A stretch of DNA of 63,868 nt, filler included, from Welwitschia mirabilis (Eukaryota), in assembly GCA_051453625.1 (NCBI GenBank). It is 6 parts of one record of this genome, joined end to end, with 100 filler letters (N's around TTAATTAATTAA, not from the genome) between each part and the next. Parts side by side here need not be neighbours in the genome. Positions count along the whole stretch, not along the records: positions 1 to 14,603 come from JBOZIK010000001.1; 5 more parts are not named here. The stretch is one strand, 5' to 3'. How positions within the stretch are numbered: the first letter of the stretch is position 1; each line of letters starts with the position of its first letter. This document shows positions 1-11,900 of the stretch, piece after piece. Below the pieces are notes generated by a model. It was not told where the DNA came from and ran no database searches. It was given only the letters and a program-made list of their open reading frames with translations. A program made the position numbers and the translations under genes.

Positions 1-700
1 GTTTGAATGAAAATGATAAACCATTGAATCAAAGACTTTACAGAAGTATGATTGGTAGTTTATTATATTTGACTATAAGTGGATCAGATATAATTTTTAG
101 TGTTGAAGTATGCAAGGTATCAATCTCAACTTAAAGAATCACATTAATAAGTAGTAAAAAGAATAATTAGGTATGTAAAAGGTACAAGTAATTATGTCTT
201 ATGCTATCCTATGTAAAAATATCTATAACTTGTAGGTTTTAGTGATGTTGATTGGGTCAACTACAATGATGATAAACAGAGCACAAGTGGAAATTGTTTT
301 TTGTTAGATGCATATTTAGTAAGATGGGTAAGTAAGAAATAAAACTCCATCTTTCTCATAACATTAGAGGTGAAATATATTACAGCAAGTAGTTTCCGTA
401 CTCATCTTTTATAGATGAAAGAAATGCTAAAGAATTTTGGTGTTAATTTTGAATAAGTTCTCATATTTTGTGATAACACAAGTGCTATAAACATATTAAA
501 AAAAATCCTATTCAACACTCAATAATCATACACATTAAGCTAAGACATCATTTCCTAAGAGGTCAAGTAGAAAAAGAATACATCTCTATGAACTCTGTGA
601 TTACAGACCAATAGCTGATAGATATTTTTATAAAACCCTTGAATTTTAATACTTTTTTTCATCTTAGAAACAAACTAGAGTTATCATGGTATCCTATAAT
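1..700 (+). pseudogene. Ty1/copia pol C-terminus (RT end + RNase H) with stops and frameshifts
   Basis: Manual translation gives YRSMIGSLLYLT, VKRIIRYVKGT, GFSDVDW, STSGNCF, IFCDNTSAINI, RHHFLR and a degenerate ADIFTKPL (LIDIFIKPL). Confidence 0.92.
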
Positions 701-1337
701 TGATTACAAGATGGTCAACTAAATCCTTAAATTAGTCGACTGGATGTGATAGGTCAATCGAAATAAAAGCCTAGTCACTCAGACCCCTTGAGCTTTAAAG
801 GCTTTTTAGCAAAATATGATAGTGTAGAATGGAAGATTATTTGTCTTATAGCATTTGTATTCTCTGATTTTACATTTTTATTATGAGTTCTTATTCTGTC
901 CTTTATCATTGATATCAAAAGATGGAGAATTAAATGTTTCTTATTATTTTCTTATGCTTTAGATGTAGTATGCTCTTGATGAGTACTTCTATTTTTTAAT
1001 GCTTATGTTTATGGAATCAATGCACTTAGTTCTATGTTATTAATTGGTATCTCAAAATTTTTATGTGCAATTCATAATGAAACTCTAAAAACTATTAATA
1101 ATCAGTATGTTAAATGGTTTATGTAATTACATTATGATTTTCATAAATATTATGCCCTTATCTCTCCAAGTATACATCTTAAAATTGCATTTATCATTAG
1201 CATGAAATTTGACTCTTTAAAATGTCTTAAATTAGTTTCAAGAGGTCTAATATTTGTAAAGAATGATTGGAATTATATGAGAGGGAGTTTTCTAAGTCTT
1301 AAATATTTTCACAACTAAGTATTATTTACCATCAATA

Positions 1338-1351
1338 TCAAAGGGGGGTAT
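1338..1351 (+). promoter_or_regulatory. Polypurine tract (PPT) of the Sirevirus-like element
   Basis: TCAAAGGGGGGTAT directly before TGTTAG. Related upstream tracts at ~917-930 and ~1278-1288 fit the Sirevirus multiple-PPT layout. Confidence 0.8.
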
Positions 1352-2956
1352 TGTTAGATTATGTTTTGCCAATTAATGTCAAACTAATGTTTTTTATATA
1401 GTAAATTTTATGTATCTTATGTAAAGATGTTAATAACTCATAGGTTTAATAATAAAGTAAAAACTATTAAATTTTAATCAGGAGAAACCTATCAAGTTTA
1501 CTTACCCTCTTAAGAGATTGATTGGACTTTTAAAGGATTGATAGCACTTAAAGCAGACACCTAGATGTTGAACTACATTCAGATGAGTAGGCCATATTTC
1601 TGATGGGGTTAATTGAACCTATGATCTTAAGAGCTAATATTTTTAAACTAATCATAATGGATCCACTAGACCTTTATGTGGTCAACTAGATTTGTGGATC
1701 TAGTAACAGTATCCTTGAACTAAATAACAAGGGGTCAACTGAACCTATGACAGGGTCGACCAAATCTGTGAACCTAAGAATACTACTTTTAAACTGATTG
1801 TTAAGGGGTTGACCAAACATTTGAAGGGGTTAAATAAACCTAGGAACTATGTAATTGATACCTCTAAGTTGATCATCATGAGGTCAACTAGACCCTTGAA
1901 GAGGTTAACTAGACCTAATGTAGAAAATTGGAATGATCTTTTATCAGGACTAGCGGGTGACTGGACATAATGGTAGATGACTAGATTGAGATCAATTAAA
2001 CCCTGAGGGGTTGACTAGATGTGGAGCCATAGGAAACTAAGATAACTAAAAATTTTACTTGGATGACCTATGTAAGTTATGGTGCCAGATGGAGTCGATT
2101 GGACTTTTGAGGAGTCACTGGCTACAACGGAATNNNNNNNNNNNNNNNNNNNNNNNNNNNNNNNNNNNNNNNNNNNNNNNNNNNNNNNNNNNNNNNNNNN
2201 NNNNNNNNNNNNNNNNNNNNNNNNNNNNNNNNNAAAAATTTAGATCCATTTTGTATCTGTTATGTATATATTAGATAGTTATTTTATAGTCATTTATACC
2301 ATCATAAGTGCATTTTAAAATATAATAAAACCTAAAATCCTTCTAATATAAATAGCCAAGAGAAATATGATGAAAGAATCTTTTTGACTTATTAAAGAGT
2401 ACTAAAATCTTGTGATATTCACTATTGGATCTTGGAATTTGTACTCTTGATCAAGGAAGATCTATCATCTATATTATCTGTACATTAAAGGTAAAATCTA
2501 GTGCTTTATCTATTGTACATCTATAGGAAAAGAACTCTATCAAATCCACTTGATCAAAAATGAGTGATATTTATACATCAAGGCATTCTTATCATTGCTA
2601 CTACATCCTATAAAGGTTGAGACTTAGCCTATAAAATTCTATTTGTAAAGGTTATATGTAAACCTATAATACCTATAAGAGTTAACAATAATCTAGATCA
2701 AACTTAGGGATAAGCTGATCATCGAGAGTGGAGTACGGGTTTTCCTAACCACTATAAAATCTTGTGTTCATCTATTTGGTATTTTATGCTTTCTATCAAT
2801 TTTATTACTTTGAATACTTTTAGTTTTTTTATATGCACAGTTTTATTAGAAAATTATTTTGATCATATTTTTAATATATTTGTGAATTTTCAATTCATTT
2901 TATTTTAATTTTTTAAGAACCTATTCACCTCCCCTCTAGAGTTCTCCATCCTATCA
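1352..2956 (+). repeat. 3' LTR of the Sirevirus-like element
   Basis: TG...CA termini. Sequence from 2957 matches the uninterrupted Tekay-like LTR copy from 23997, which fixes the right boundary. Confidence 0.8.
1600..2125. repeat. Array of ~15 degenerate GGTCGACC-core palindromic motifs inside the LTR
   Basis: Units such as GGGGTCAACTGAACC, GGGTCGACCAAAT, GGGGTTGACCAAAC, GAGGTCAACTAGACC and GAGGTTAACTAGACC. More copies at 711-790. Confidence 0.75.
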
Positions 2957-3431
2957 AGTAAATCTACTTATTTATCATTCTTTATTCTAGGTAAAAGTGC
3001 ATGTACTTATTGAAATAATCATTTCTTTCAAAATGCATAAAATCTATTAATCACATAATACAAGAAAGAAAATATATATTAATAATATAATATACCTATC
3101 ACATTTTCCAAGAAACTAACTAAGTAAGTAAATTTAAAATATATTATTACGTCCTCTTTAAATTTTTAATTAATTAATTTTATTGTCTGATTTAAATTCA
3201 TTACATACTAAAATTATTTAATTTTAAATGTTTGAATATATTTTTTATAAAAACCTTTTAATATAATTTTATCATTTTCAGGGTAAATTTTAAAGATTAC
3301 AAACTAAGTTTAATTTAAAATGATATTTTATTTTAATTAAAAATTTAAATAAGGCTAATTAATCATTTGACTAAAAGTTTAATATACTTAATATTCAAGG
3401 AAATAAGCTTTACAAAATATGGCATATGACA
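2957..3431 (-). repeat. 5' portion of the T1 3' LTR
   Basis: Collinear with 23997-24474. Both end ATATGACA on the + strand. Confidence 0.8.
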
Positions 3432-3699
3432 TTTTCCTACACTTAGACTATTCACTCTTGGGAATTAAGATACATAAAAAGCTTAAAACATCTAACTAAA
3501 TATTATAAGATTTAAAAAATTTAGACTTTTTACAATTTATCACTATTTTGCTACATTAATGAATTCATATCCAAAGCAATGTTATATTTTTCTAAGTAAA
3601 TAACAACTGGTTATATGTTAAAATATCCCCCATTTATAAATAAAGTATAGTTTTATTTTACAATCTTTACCTTTTCTATAGCTTCTACTAGGCTCTGAG

Positions 3700-4340
3700 G
3701 TTAAATCATGGATACTTTAGTAGCAATAAGAGGGAGGAATTGATCAGAGATTTATCTTCTTTAACTATATGCATATGTGATACATATCTTAATAATTCTA
3801 TAATTTACAATTATGAGATGCTATGGTGACATTATAAGCTTGTCTTAAATTGTAGAGTTCTATAACATTTTGGTGAATATAGAACTTGGTTATGTACCTC
3901 TCCTTAAATATGTGTCTAAATTTTCTCTAAGAATGTTCTAGATCTTCTAACTTGGTCATCTTTATTTTACACCATAGATTAGATTCTCATTATAATATAT
4001 AAATACCTAAAAAAGCTTTTCATATTCATCACATCCTAAGATACTTATAACTTTTTCAATATTACTTAGTTATGCTTCTACTTTGGAAACATTTGAACCT
4101 CTTTTAAACTTTGATAGATTTAGCTTAATAAATGTTTAAATTAATTTCTTCATATCCACTTTCTTAGGTTAATTAATATCATTTTTTACTTATGGACTTT
4201 AACATTGATTTACTATTTGTGATAGGAACTACATGAAGGTAATTGTTAATGCTTTTGTATTAAGATTGAATAAGGGTTAATTTTCATTATTTTGTTGTTG
4301 ACTATCTTGTGATTTCTATTAATGTTAATTACTTAGTGTA
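3700..4340 (-). pseudogene. Retrotransposon gag remnant (Tekay/Del-type)
   Basis: Minus-strand translation TFIKLNLSKFKRGSNVSKVEA*LSNIEKVISILGCDEYEK fits the chromovirus gag pattern F-K--P--F-G--D---AE-WL---EK------C----K. Aligns with ~20150-20810. Confidence 0.75.
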
Positions 4341-5367
4341 ACTGATCTAGTCTTAAGATTTAATCAATGATGATGAGGCATCTGCATCTAAAAGAAGGGA
4401 AAATTTTAATGAGATTATATTTAAAAATAGGATAGGTATTATTTAAAAATAAGATAGATATTACTAAAGGATAAACTTATAAAGATTTTTATAATCTTAT
4501 GAAGGTTATAGTTATTACTATGATGTGATGATTCCTTATTTTAAAGTACATAATCAAGTTTATCCCCTTTCTTTATTTTCAATAGATAAGATTTATAAGT
4601 TATGAATATGGGTTTTCACTTTAAATTTATGTGACCATATAATTAAGAATGAATAACCTAGTTGGAGATTTGATTATTTTTAATGGTACCTATTTATAAG
4701 GTATTATTTATGTATTTATAGATTTTTTACAAAATCTGAAGCCCCTTAAGGAATCATATAAGGTCATTATGCTAATTCTTAAGATAACTGAAATTTTGCT
4801 AATTGATTATCATCTATAGCTATAAGTTAATAGAGTCTTTAATGACTTGAGTTCATCATCACTCTTAGTTTGTTTAGGGATTTAAAATTATCATAAATAT
4901 GATTAGCATAAGAATCATTTAGGGGTTGTGATTAAAGTAAACCTTATGAATACTCTAGAACTATTATAAACAAAATCAACTTTTAAGATTATTAAGGTGA
5001 TAAGATTATAATTAGTGTAATGTTTATAATTATTGAAATTAACATAAATGTAATTTGGTAGATATTTAAAGAGTAGGAAAATTATACATATAATGAATTT
5101 TTTGACTATTAGAAGATATGATTAGATTCATTCTTATATAATATTTAAAATTATCTTGAAATATAGTATTATCAGGGGTATAATTGATTTTACTTGTGAT
5201 TTAAGATTATTGGGGATAAACCCAACTTTATAGCTATTAGGAATTAAGGTTGTTATAGTTATTATTAACTTTATAATTATTAAGAATAAAGGTTGCTAAA
5301 AGTATAATTTGATTTATATTATAAATTTATAAGTACTTAACATAAGAATTAGTTAAGTTAACCTAGA

Positions 5368-5379
5368 GCTCTAACACTA
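5368..5379 (-). promoter_or_regulatory. Degenerate primer-binding site (tRNA-iMet) of T1
   Basis: Reverse complement TAGTGTTAGAGC vs TGGTATCAGAGC (9/12), 3 bp from the LTR end. Confidence 0.65.
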
Positions 5380-5382
5380 ATT

Positions 5383-6831
5383 TGTGAGACCCTCTTTTCT
5401 CTTTTCCTACTTAAGCACTTTTCTTCTTTTTTAACTTCCTTTATTTTTTGATATTTTTACCTGATAGACATAATGAAACCTAAAACCAATTCTTCTTACT
5501 CCTTTATTAGAATTTCTATATTCTAAGAAAGAAAAATCATATTAGTATTNNNNNNNNNNNNNNNNNNNNNNNNNNNNNNNNNNNNNNNNNNNNNNNNNNN
5601 NNNNNNNNNNNNNNNNNNNNNNNNNNNNNNNNNNNNNNNNNNNNNNNNNNNNNNNNNNNNNNNNNNNNNNNNNNNNNNNNNNNNNNNNNNNNNNNNNNNN
5701 NNNNNNNNNNNNNNNNNNNNNNNNNNNNNNNNNNNNNNNNNNNNNNNNNNNNNNNNNNNNNNNNNNNNNNNNNNNNNNNNNNNNNNNNNNNNNNNNNNNN
5801 NNNNNNNNNNNNNNNNNNNNNNNNNNNNNNNNNNNNNNNNNNNNNNNNNNNNNNNNNNNNNNNNNNNNNNNNNNNNNNNNNNNNNNNNNNNNNNNNNNNN
5901 NNNNNNNNNNCTATGACCAAATTCTACTTCTTTATTAGAATTTCTATATTCTAAGAAAGAAAAATCATATTAGTATTATATATTTACATATAATTAATTT
6001 CTAAGTTATTTTAATTTACAAATAATAGTGATCTTCTAAGTTTGTGTTCTCCATTTCTTTCTATTTTTTTCATTACATGAAAGATATCTTGTTAATACAT
6101 AAGGTGATGTAAAGTTATTATTCACATATATTGATAAGTTTTAAGGATAATACCTAACCAATATAAGAGAAGGTTATAACTTCAATTAATGGCATTATAA
6201 CTTGATATCTCACCACCCTCTAAATATGACTTGATTCTACTTCAGGTTCTAAACTATACAAACCTAGTTAGGACCAACTTCATAGGATTTTACTTTATCT
6301 TAATATATCCCCAATACTGGTAACAAGTGATACATGAGATGGATGCATGCTTATCAATGACCCCCCTTCCTTGAAGCATCTCTAAATGATGCAATAAGAT
6401 ACATCAATACTAAGGGCTTAAGATATTAAGTCCGAGTAATTTCATACATGGGTAAAGTAGGAGAGTACTGGCTAAATCTAAATTTAGAAAGGTATTATTA
6501 AAAAAATGCAATGCATACCACCTTGGTGATGAAATCCAAGTATGGGGATGAACATTATTAGTTATCTTGATTTATTCTTATTCAATGAATATACCATACA
6601 AATTCATGTACATAATTCTAGCTAATGTAGATATTTAATAATTTTTTTTACATAGTTATAAAAATTCTAATAATTATTTGCTTTATTTTATAAAAACAAC
6701 AATTTAAAAAAAGTAATCATATAAGAACATTACTATTTTCAAGATTATAATAATAAAAATCTAGAAAAAGAAAATATTATTTTCTTTTCTATCTAATTAA
6801 GGAGATATTCTTTTCTTTCTATTTCAATAAT
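5383..6831 (-). repeat. T1 5' LTR, segment left of the Athila insertion
   Basis: Collinear with ~20814-21845. Starts TGTGAGACCC on the + strand. Confidence 0.8.
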
Positions 6832-8130
6832 TGTTGCAATGCTAATTTATAGGATTCTAATGTCATAGTTTGAGTAGTTTTATGGACCTTTATATAGGTT
6901 TAGATGTAATTCTAATGACTATAGAGAGTTGATAGGATGAACACTGAAAATGAAATTCTTGCTATATTTATAGGTATTTCAAGCATATTTTGATACATAA
7001 TGTTTTAAAGATGTAGAAAACTAATTTACCTTAAGCTAAAAATATAGAAAATTGTATCGTCCCCTCTGTAATTTACACAATAGGGAGAATGATATTTCTT
7101 CTAACATGAATTGAATTCAATAGTTAATGAGGAGCTCAGAGCCATAGCAAACATATCTAAGGAGGTGTCATCCTAGTTGTCACCTTCATAACATGCAATA
7201 TGATAGTGTTGTAGACATGAACTAAACCTATGGAATTAACTATAAGGCTAGAATCTAATGACACACCTTTTACTATGGAATATTATGCTGATTACCATCT
7301 CCATGATAGTTAAGACAATAACTATTTCATATGAATAAAAATGAATTATTTTTATAATGGGGTTACACACCTTATGTGGGTTGCTAGGATTTCTTATTTA
7401 GCTTTTAGGGTTGTGCCTTTAAAAAACTATGAATAACCCCTTACATTTACTTCCTTTTAATCTTTTTTACTTGATATTATTAGGATAAAAAATTAAGGAA
7501 TAAGAAATCCATCCATTAGCAATAGAGAAAAGATTTTCTTAATGTTAGACTGAGTATCCTCCACTGCTAGTTTTTTTGTAAGTGGATGTAAATTAATGAT
7601 TAATATAAGAACTCCTTTCATTTCTATTTTGTAAATGTTCCTTATGGTTTTAAGTTAATTATGATTCTATGACAACTTCATAGTTTATTAAGGTCATAAG
7701 GGTAACCTTCGTTAAGGCTGATATTGTTAGTTTAGATTTGCATTCATTTCATTTCATTTCCATATTTTCATGTTGTATTTTATATATCTTATAGCTTATA
7801 TTACTTAAGGATATGTAACAACTATTTCTAATTGATCTAAATTATAAGAACTAATCTTAGCAATAGAAACATTAGTAGTTAAATAAATCTGTTATTTATT
7901 ACATTTGCATTTCTTCATCATTCATCTTAAATTTCATTTACATTATTTTTTATTTTATTTAATAAAAAAATACTTTTCTAAAATTAATTGTATAACTTCT
8001 ATCCTAATGCTTTTAATAAATTATGAGATTTGGGTTAACTCTTATCTATATAGTATGTGTTTTTCTACATGTATTATGATTTATAGGTTTTACCTAAAGC
8101 CTTAAGATTACACAACTTCATACTATGACA
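6832..8130 (+). repeat. Athila-like A 5' LTR
   Basis: TGTTGCAATGC...CTATGACA, homologous to 16273-17590. Confidence 0.88.
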
Positions 8131-8133
8131 TTT

Positions 8134-8151
8134 TGACATCATTGCTAGATA
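8134..8151 (+). promoter_or_regulatory. Degenerate PBS (tRNA-Asp type) of Athila-like A
   Basis: TGACATCATTGCTAGATA vs TGGCGCCGTTGCCGGGGA. 7 of the 8 differences are C->T/G->A. Same position as the better-preserved copy at 60820. Confidence 0.7.
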
Positions 8152-8929
8152 AGATCATCAGAAGCTAAAAGATTATGACTATTTTGATAAGTACCTTGGA
8201 TTTTAGTTTAAGTTATTTATTTGAAATATTGTTGTATTTTTATCTTAAGTTAATAGGTTTTATTTTTATAATTTTTGTTTTTCATAGCTTAATAAGTATT
8301 GTTATCCCCTTAATCATCTCCATGAAACTAAGAATGATAGTTATAAAGTTTCAGTTTTTTTTCAATTTCTTTTTTTTTTGGTAGTAGTAATAACATATTG
8401 TCATCTTTATTATTATCCTTATGACAAGGTGAATGATGGCCCTTTTAGTTTCTCTGATTTCGATAATTTTCTATTTTTCTAATCATTGTTCCTTCTATCA
8501 TCTCCAGAACTACATGGATGACTATCAGTTATTTTTTATTTTAGTTTTTATTTTTTATCTAAAGTATGCAAGGACATGGTGAATTCTAATAAAAAGACAA
8601 AATATTAGAGAAATCAAAACTTAATTGAGGAAAATACCAAAGAATGGTTATTCAACTTCAAGCAAAATCCAAGTATGCACACTCTAAGTACGCAAATTTT
8701 ATGAATTAAAGAAGAATATTTTTTTGCTTGTATTATTTTAGAGTCAAATTTTTCAAAGGAAATTTTAAAAATAATAGCATAAAAGCTGATCTTATCATTT
8801 GTTTTTCATCTATGTTAAAATCATCCCCAAAATAAAAGTCAGTCACTTTGTCTAGTATGCCAATCATGATAGGAACTATAACTTCAAATGTAAATGCTAT
8901 TATTAGAGATTTAATTAGTAATAACAAAT

Positions 8930-11900
8930 GTGAAATCCAAAATCCTTCTAATTTACCTTCTAGTGATGATGTAGAATTAAGAAACTTGAGTTAATATTTA
9001 AAATTTTTATACGATCCTAAATAGGACCCTGTTCAACATCTAACTAATGTTGAACAACTTGCGCTTACCTTAAAAAATTGAAAGAAATGTATTAATAATC
9101 ATACTTGCATGGTTATCTTCTAGTCATACTTAGATGAAAAGAAAAACTTTGGGCTGAGAACCATTCCACATAAGAATCTTAAATTATGGAATAAAGTGTA
9201 AAAGTTTTTATTAAAATATTTTTTCAGTGCAAGTACCATGAGAAAAAGAAAAAAGGAAGTTATCAATTTTCAACAATAACCTCAAGAGAATTATATCACA
9301 ACTTATGAATGTTTCATCATAGATATTTATTCCAACCCTATTAATGAATTTTATAAAGAGGAATTGATAGATTATTTCTATAGTGAATTGACTAGTTAAA
9401 CTAAACAACTTGTAGACTTTTCTTATGGTGGCAACTTGATAAATTTTACTTTAGATAAAAGAATAGAATTTATTGGAAAATATAGTAAAAACAAGTTAAA
9501 CTTGACCAAAATCCACATCTAAAGAAAATTAAATTGTTGTCCAAATTACAAAAGATTTAAAAGAAGTAAAACATGATAAGGAGGAAGAAAAAGGTGATCT
9601 AACTAACATGATTAAGGATTTCACTACCACTTTAGAAAAGTAAACTCAAATAATAGTATATGTAGAAGTAGTAAAAAAGGGAAATACAACTTCAACATAT
9701 GATATATGTGAATATAACTCTCATTTAACTAAAGAGTATCCTTTATTGCTAACTTATAAAGAGAGGATGTTTAACAAGTATGTGCATTTAATTAAAGGAT
9801 GTTTGATCTTAAAAGCCAACCATAATTTCAACAAAAATTAGGCAAATAATCAAATTAAAAATCTTTTGAGAATATATTTATAAATTCAAACTTCTAACCA
9901 AATAACCTCAACCTTTAACCAACTCAAAGTGATCTAGTTAAAGATTTGATAGAATTATTAAAAAAGATGTAAGAAAAAACCAATAATAATAGTGAAAACT
10001 TAGTGACTTTGTTTCAACAAACAATGTTAGCTAGTTAACAACTATAAGAATCTCTTGAATCTTAACCTTTATCCAATCTAAATTAAATCAAGAATGATTT
10101 AAAGGTAGTAACTAGAAGTGGTAATGATGCAACACCTCCTACTCATGAGGATTTAACTTTCAAAAATAATGAAATAAATTAGGAAGAAGATTATGTAGAA
10201 GTTTTTAACTCATATAATTTTCCTTCAATCTCAAATAATAAGCTTACCATAAAAAATTATTCACAAGAAAATAAAGGGAATAAATCATTTACTCCTTAAC
10301 TTAATATATTAAACACAAATCCTACCTATAATCAATCCTTAAAATCATTTATTCAAGAGGTGAACATGATCTTATCTTTTGAAAAACTCTTGCAAGAAAT
10401 CCTAAATATGCCAAGTTATGGAGAAACCTAGTTAGAAGAAAATAAAAAGATATCATTTCTAGTAAGTTATTCCTCACTTAATCTATTTTCAACTTACTTA
10501 TAAAAAAGTGTTCTAAATTTAAAAAGCCTAGGGTAGAAATAGTAAGTATCACTTTGGAAGAAAACAAAAGAATTTTAAAAGCCTTGAGTGACATAGGAGC
10601 TAACACAAACATCATACCTCTTCATATATGTAAAATACTTTGATTGAAAAACAAAGTAGAACCTACACAAATGATCTTGGCATTGACTAATACTTTAATT
10701 AAGAAACCCTTGAATATTATTAAAGTCTTATTTATCCAAGTAGAAGAACATTTTTACTCCATAGATGTGGGTATCATTAAACTAAAACATAATGGAGGTT
10801 ATCTAATCCTTTTATTAAGAGCCTTTTATGTAACTGTCCATTGTATCATTGATACATAAACTAGAATAATGGAATGTCACATAGGTAATAAGAATTTCAT
10901 CACTAAAGTTTTTAATGCTACTAGAAAAAAAAATATGTAAGTGGAAATTAGAAAAGGAATTTTAACCAATACTATTTTTGCAACATCACTCCATTAAGAA
11001 GAGAATGATAATTCTACATGAGTAATCTTATATGATGACTCGACTGACATACACTATATTGATATTAAAAATAAAAATGTTTAAAATTAGGATAAAGTCC
11101 AACATGTTTATTCAATAGAAAATCCTTTTGAAGAGTGTTACCCATTACAATTATCTCCACAACATTTTGGAATAATAGTCACTAATGGCAATTCAATAAT
11201 AAAACTTAACGATTACAACATAAAACTGAAAGAGTTACCTAAAGGTCTAAAATATATTTTTCTATTCAACAATCTAAAGACAACTTTAGTGATAGGTAAC
11301 CTTATTACTTCTTAATAAGAATATAACTTGATTTCATTGTTAACTTATAATGAAAATTCTTTTGCTTGGACTCATAAGGATTTAGCTACCATTCTTCTTT
11401 CTATAGTGCAACACAAAATCTACCTTGAAGATAATGCTAAACCAATTAGCGAATCCTAAGAAAGGCTTAATTTAGCCTTTAAGAAAGTAATCAAAAATAA
11501 AATTATTAAACTTATGGATGCTATAATTATCTATGATATATTTGATAGTAAGTGGATCAATCTCTTGATGGTAGTAGAAAATAAAGAATTTGCATTGACT
11601 TTAAAAAACTTAATAAGATCACTAAGAAAGATCATTGTCTTTTATCCTTTCTTACTCAAGTACTTGATAGAATTCAAGTACATATCTACTATTATTTTTG
11701 TGATGGGTATAGTGGCTATAATAAAGTTTTCATAGCTACTGAAGGCTAATCAAGAACAACAGTTACCTTCTTCTTTAGAACATTTACCTTTAGAAGAATG
11801 CCTTTTGGAATTTTCAATGCTTCTAAAACTTTTCAACTAGTAATGATGTATATTTTTTCTAACATGTTAGAGGAATATATAAAAAATTTTATGGATGAAT

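Larger units (their letters stand above)
1..2956 (+). mobile_element. 3' part of a degenerate Sirevirus-like Ty1/copia LTR retrotransposon (pol end, 3' UTR, PPT, 3' LTR)
   Basis: Copia RT/RNase H remnant at 1-700, several PPT-like purine tracts, and an LTR starting TGTTAG (1352) and ending with the Sirevirus-type CTATTCACCTCCCCTCTAG...CTATCA (2956). Confidence 0.85.

Noticed and set aside
7905..8384. Short hydrophobic ORFs resembling membrane peptides (many across the window)
   Set aside because: Expected by chance in T-rich LTR/UTR DNA, and not conserved between elements A, C and D.
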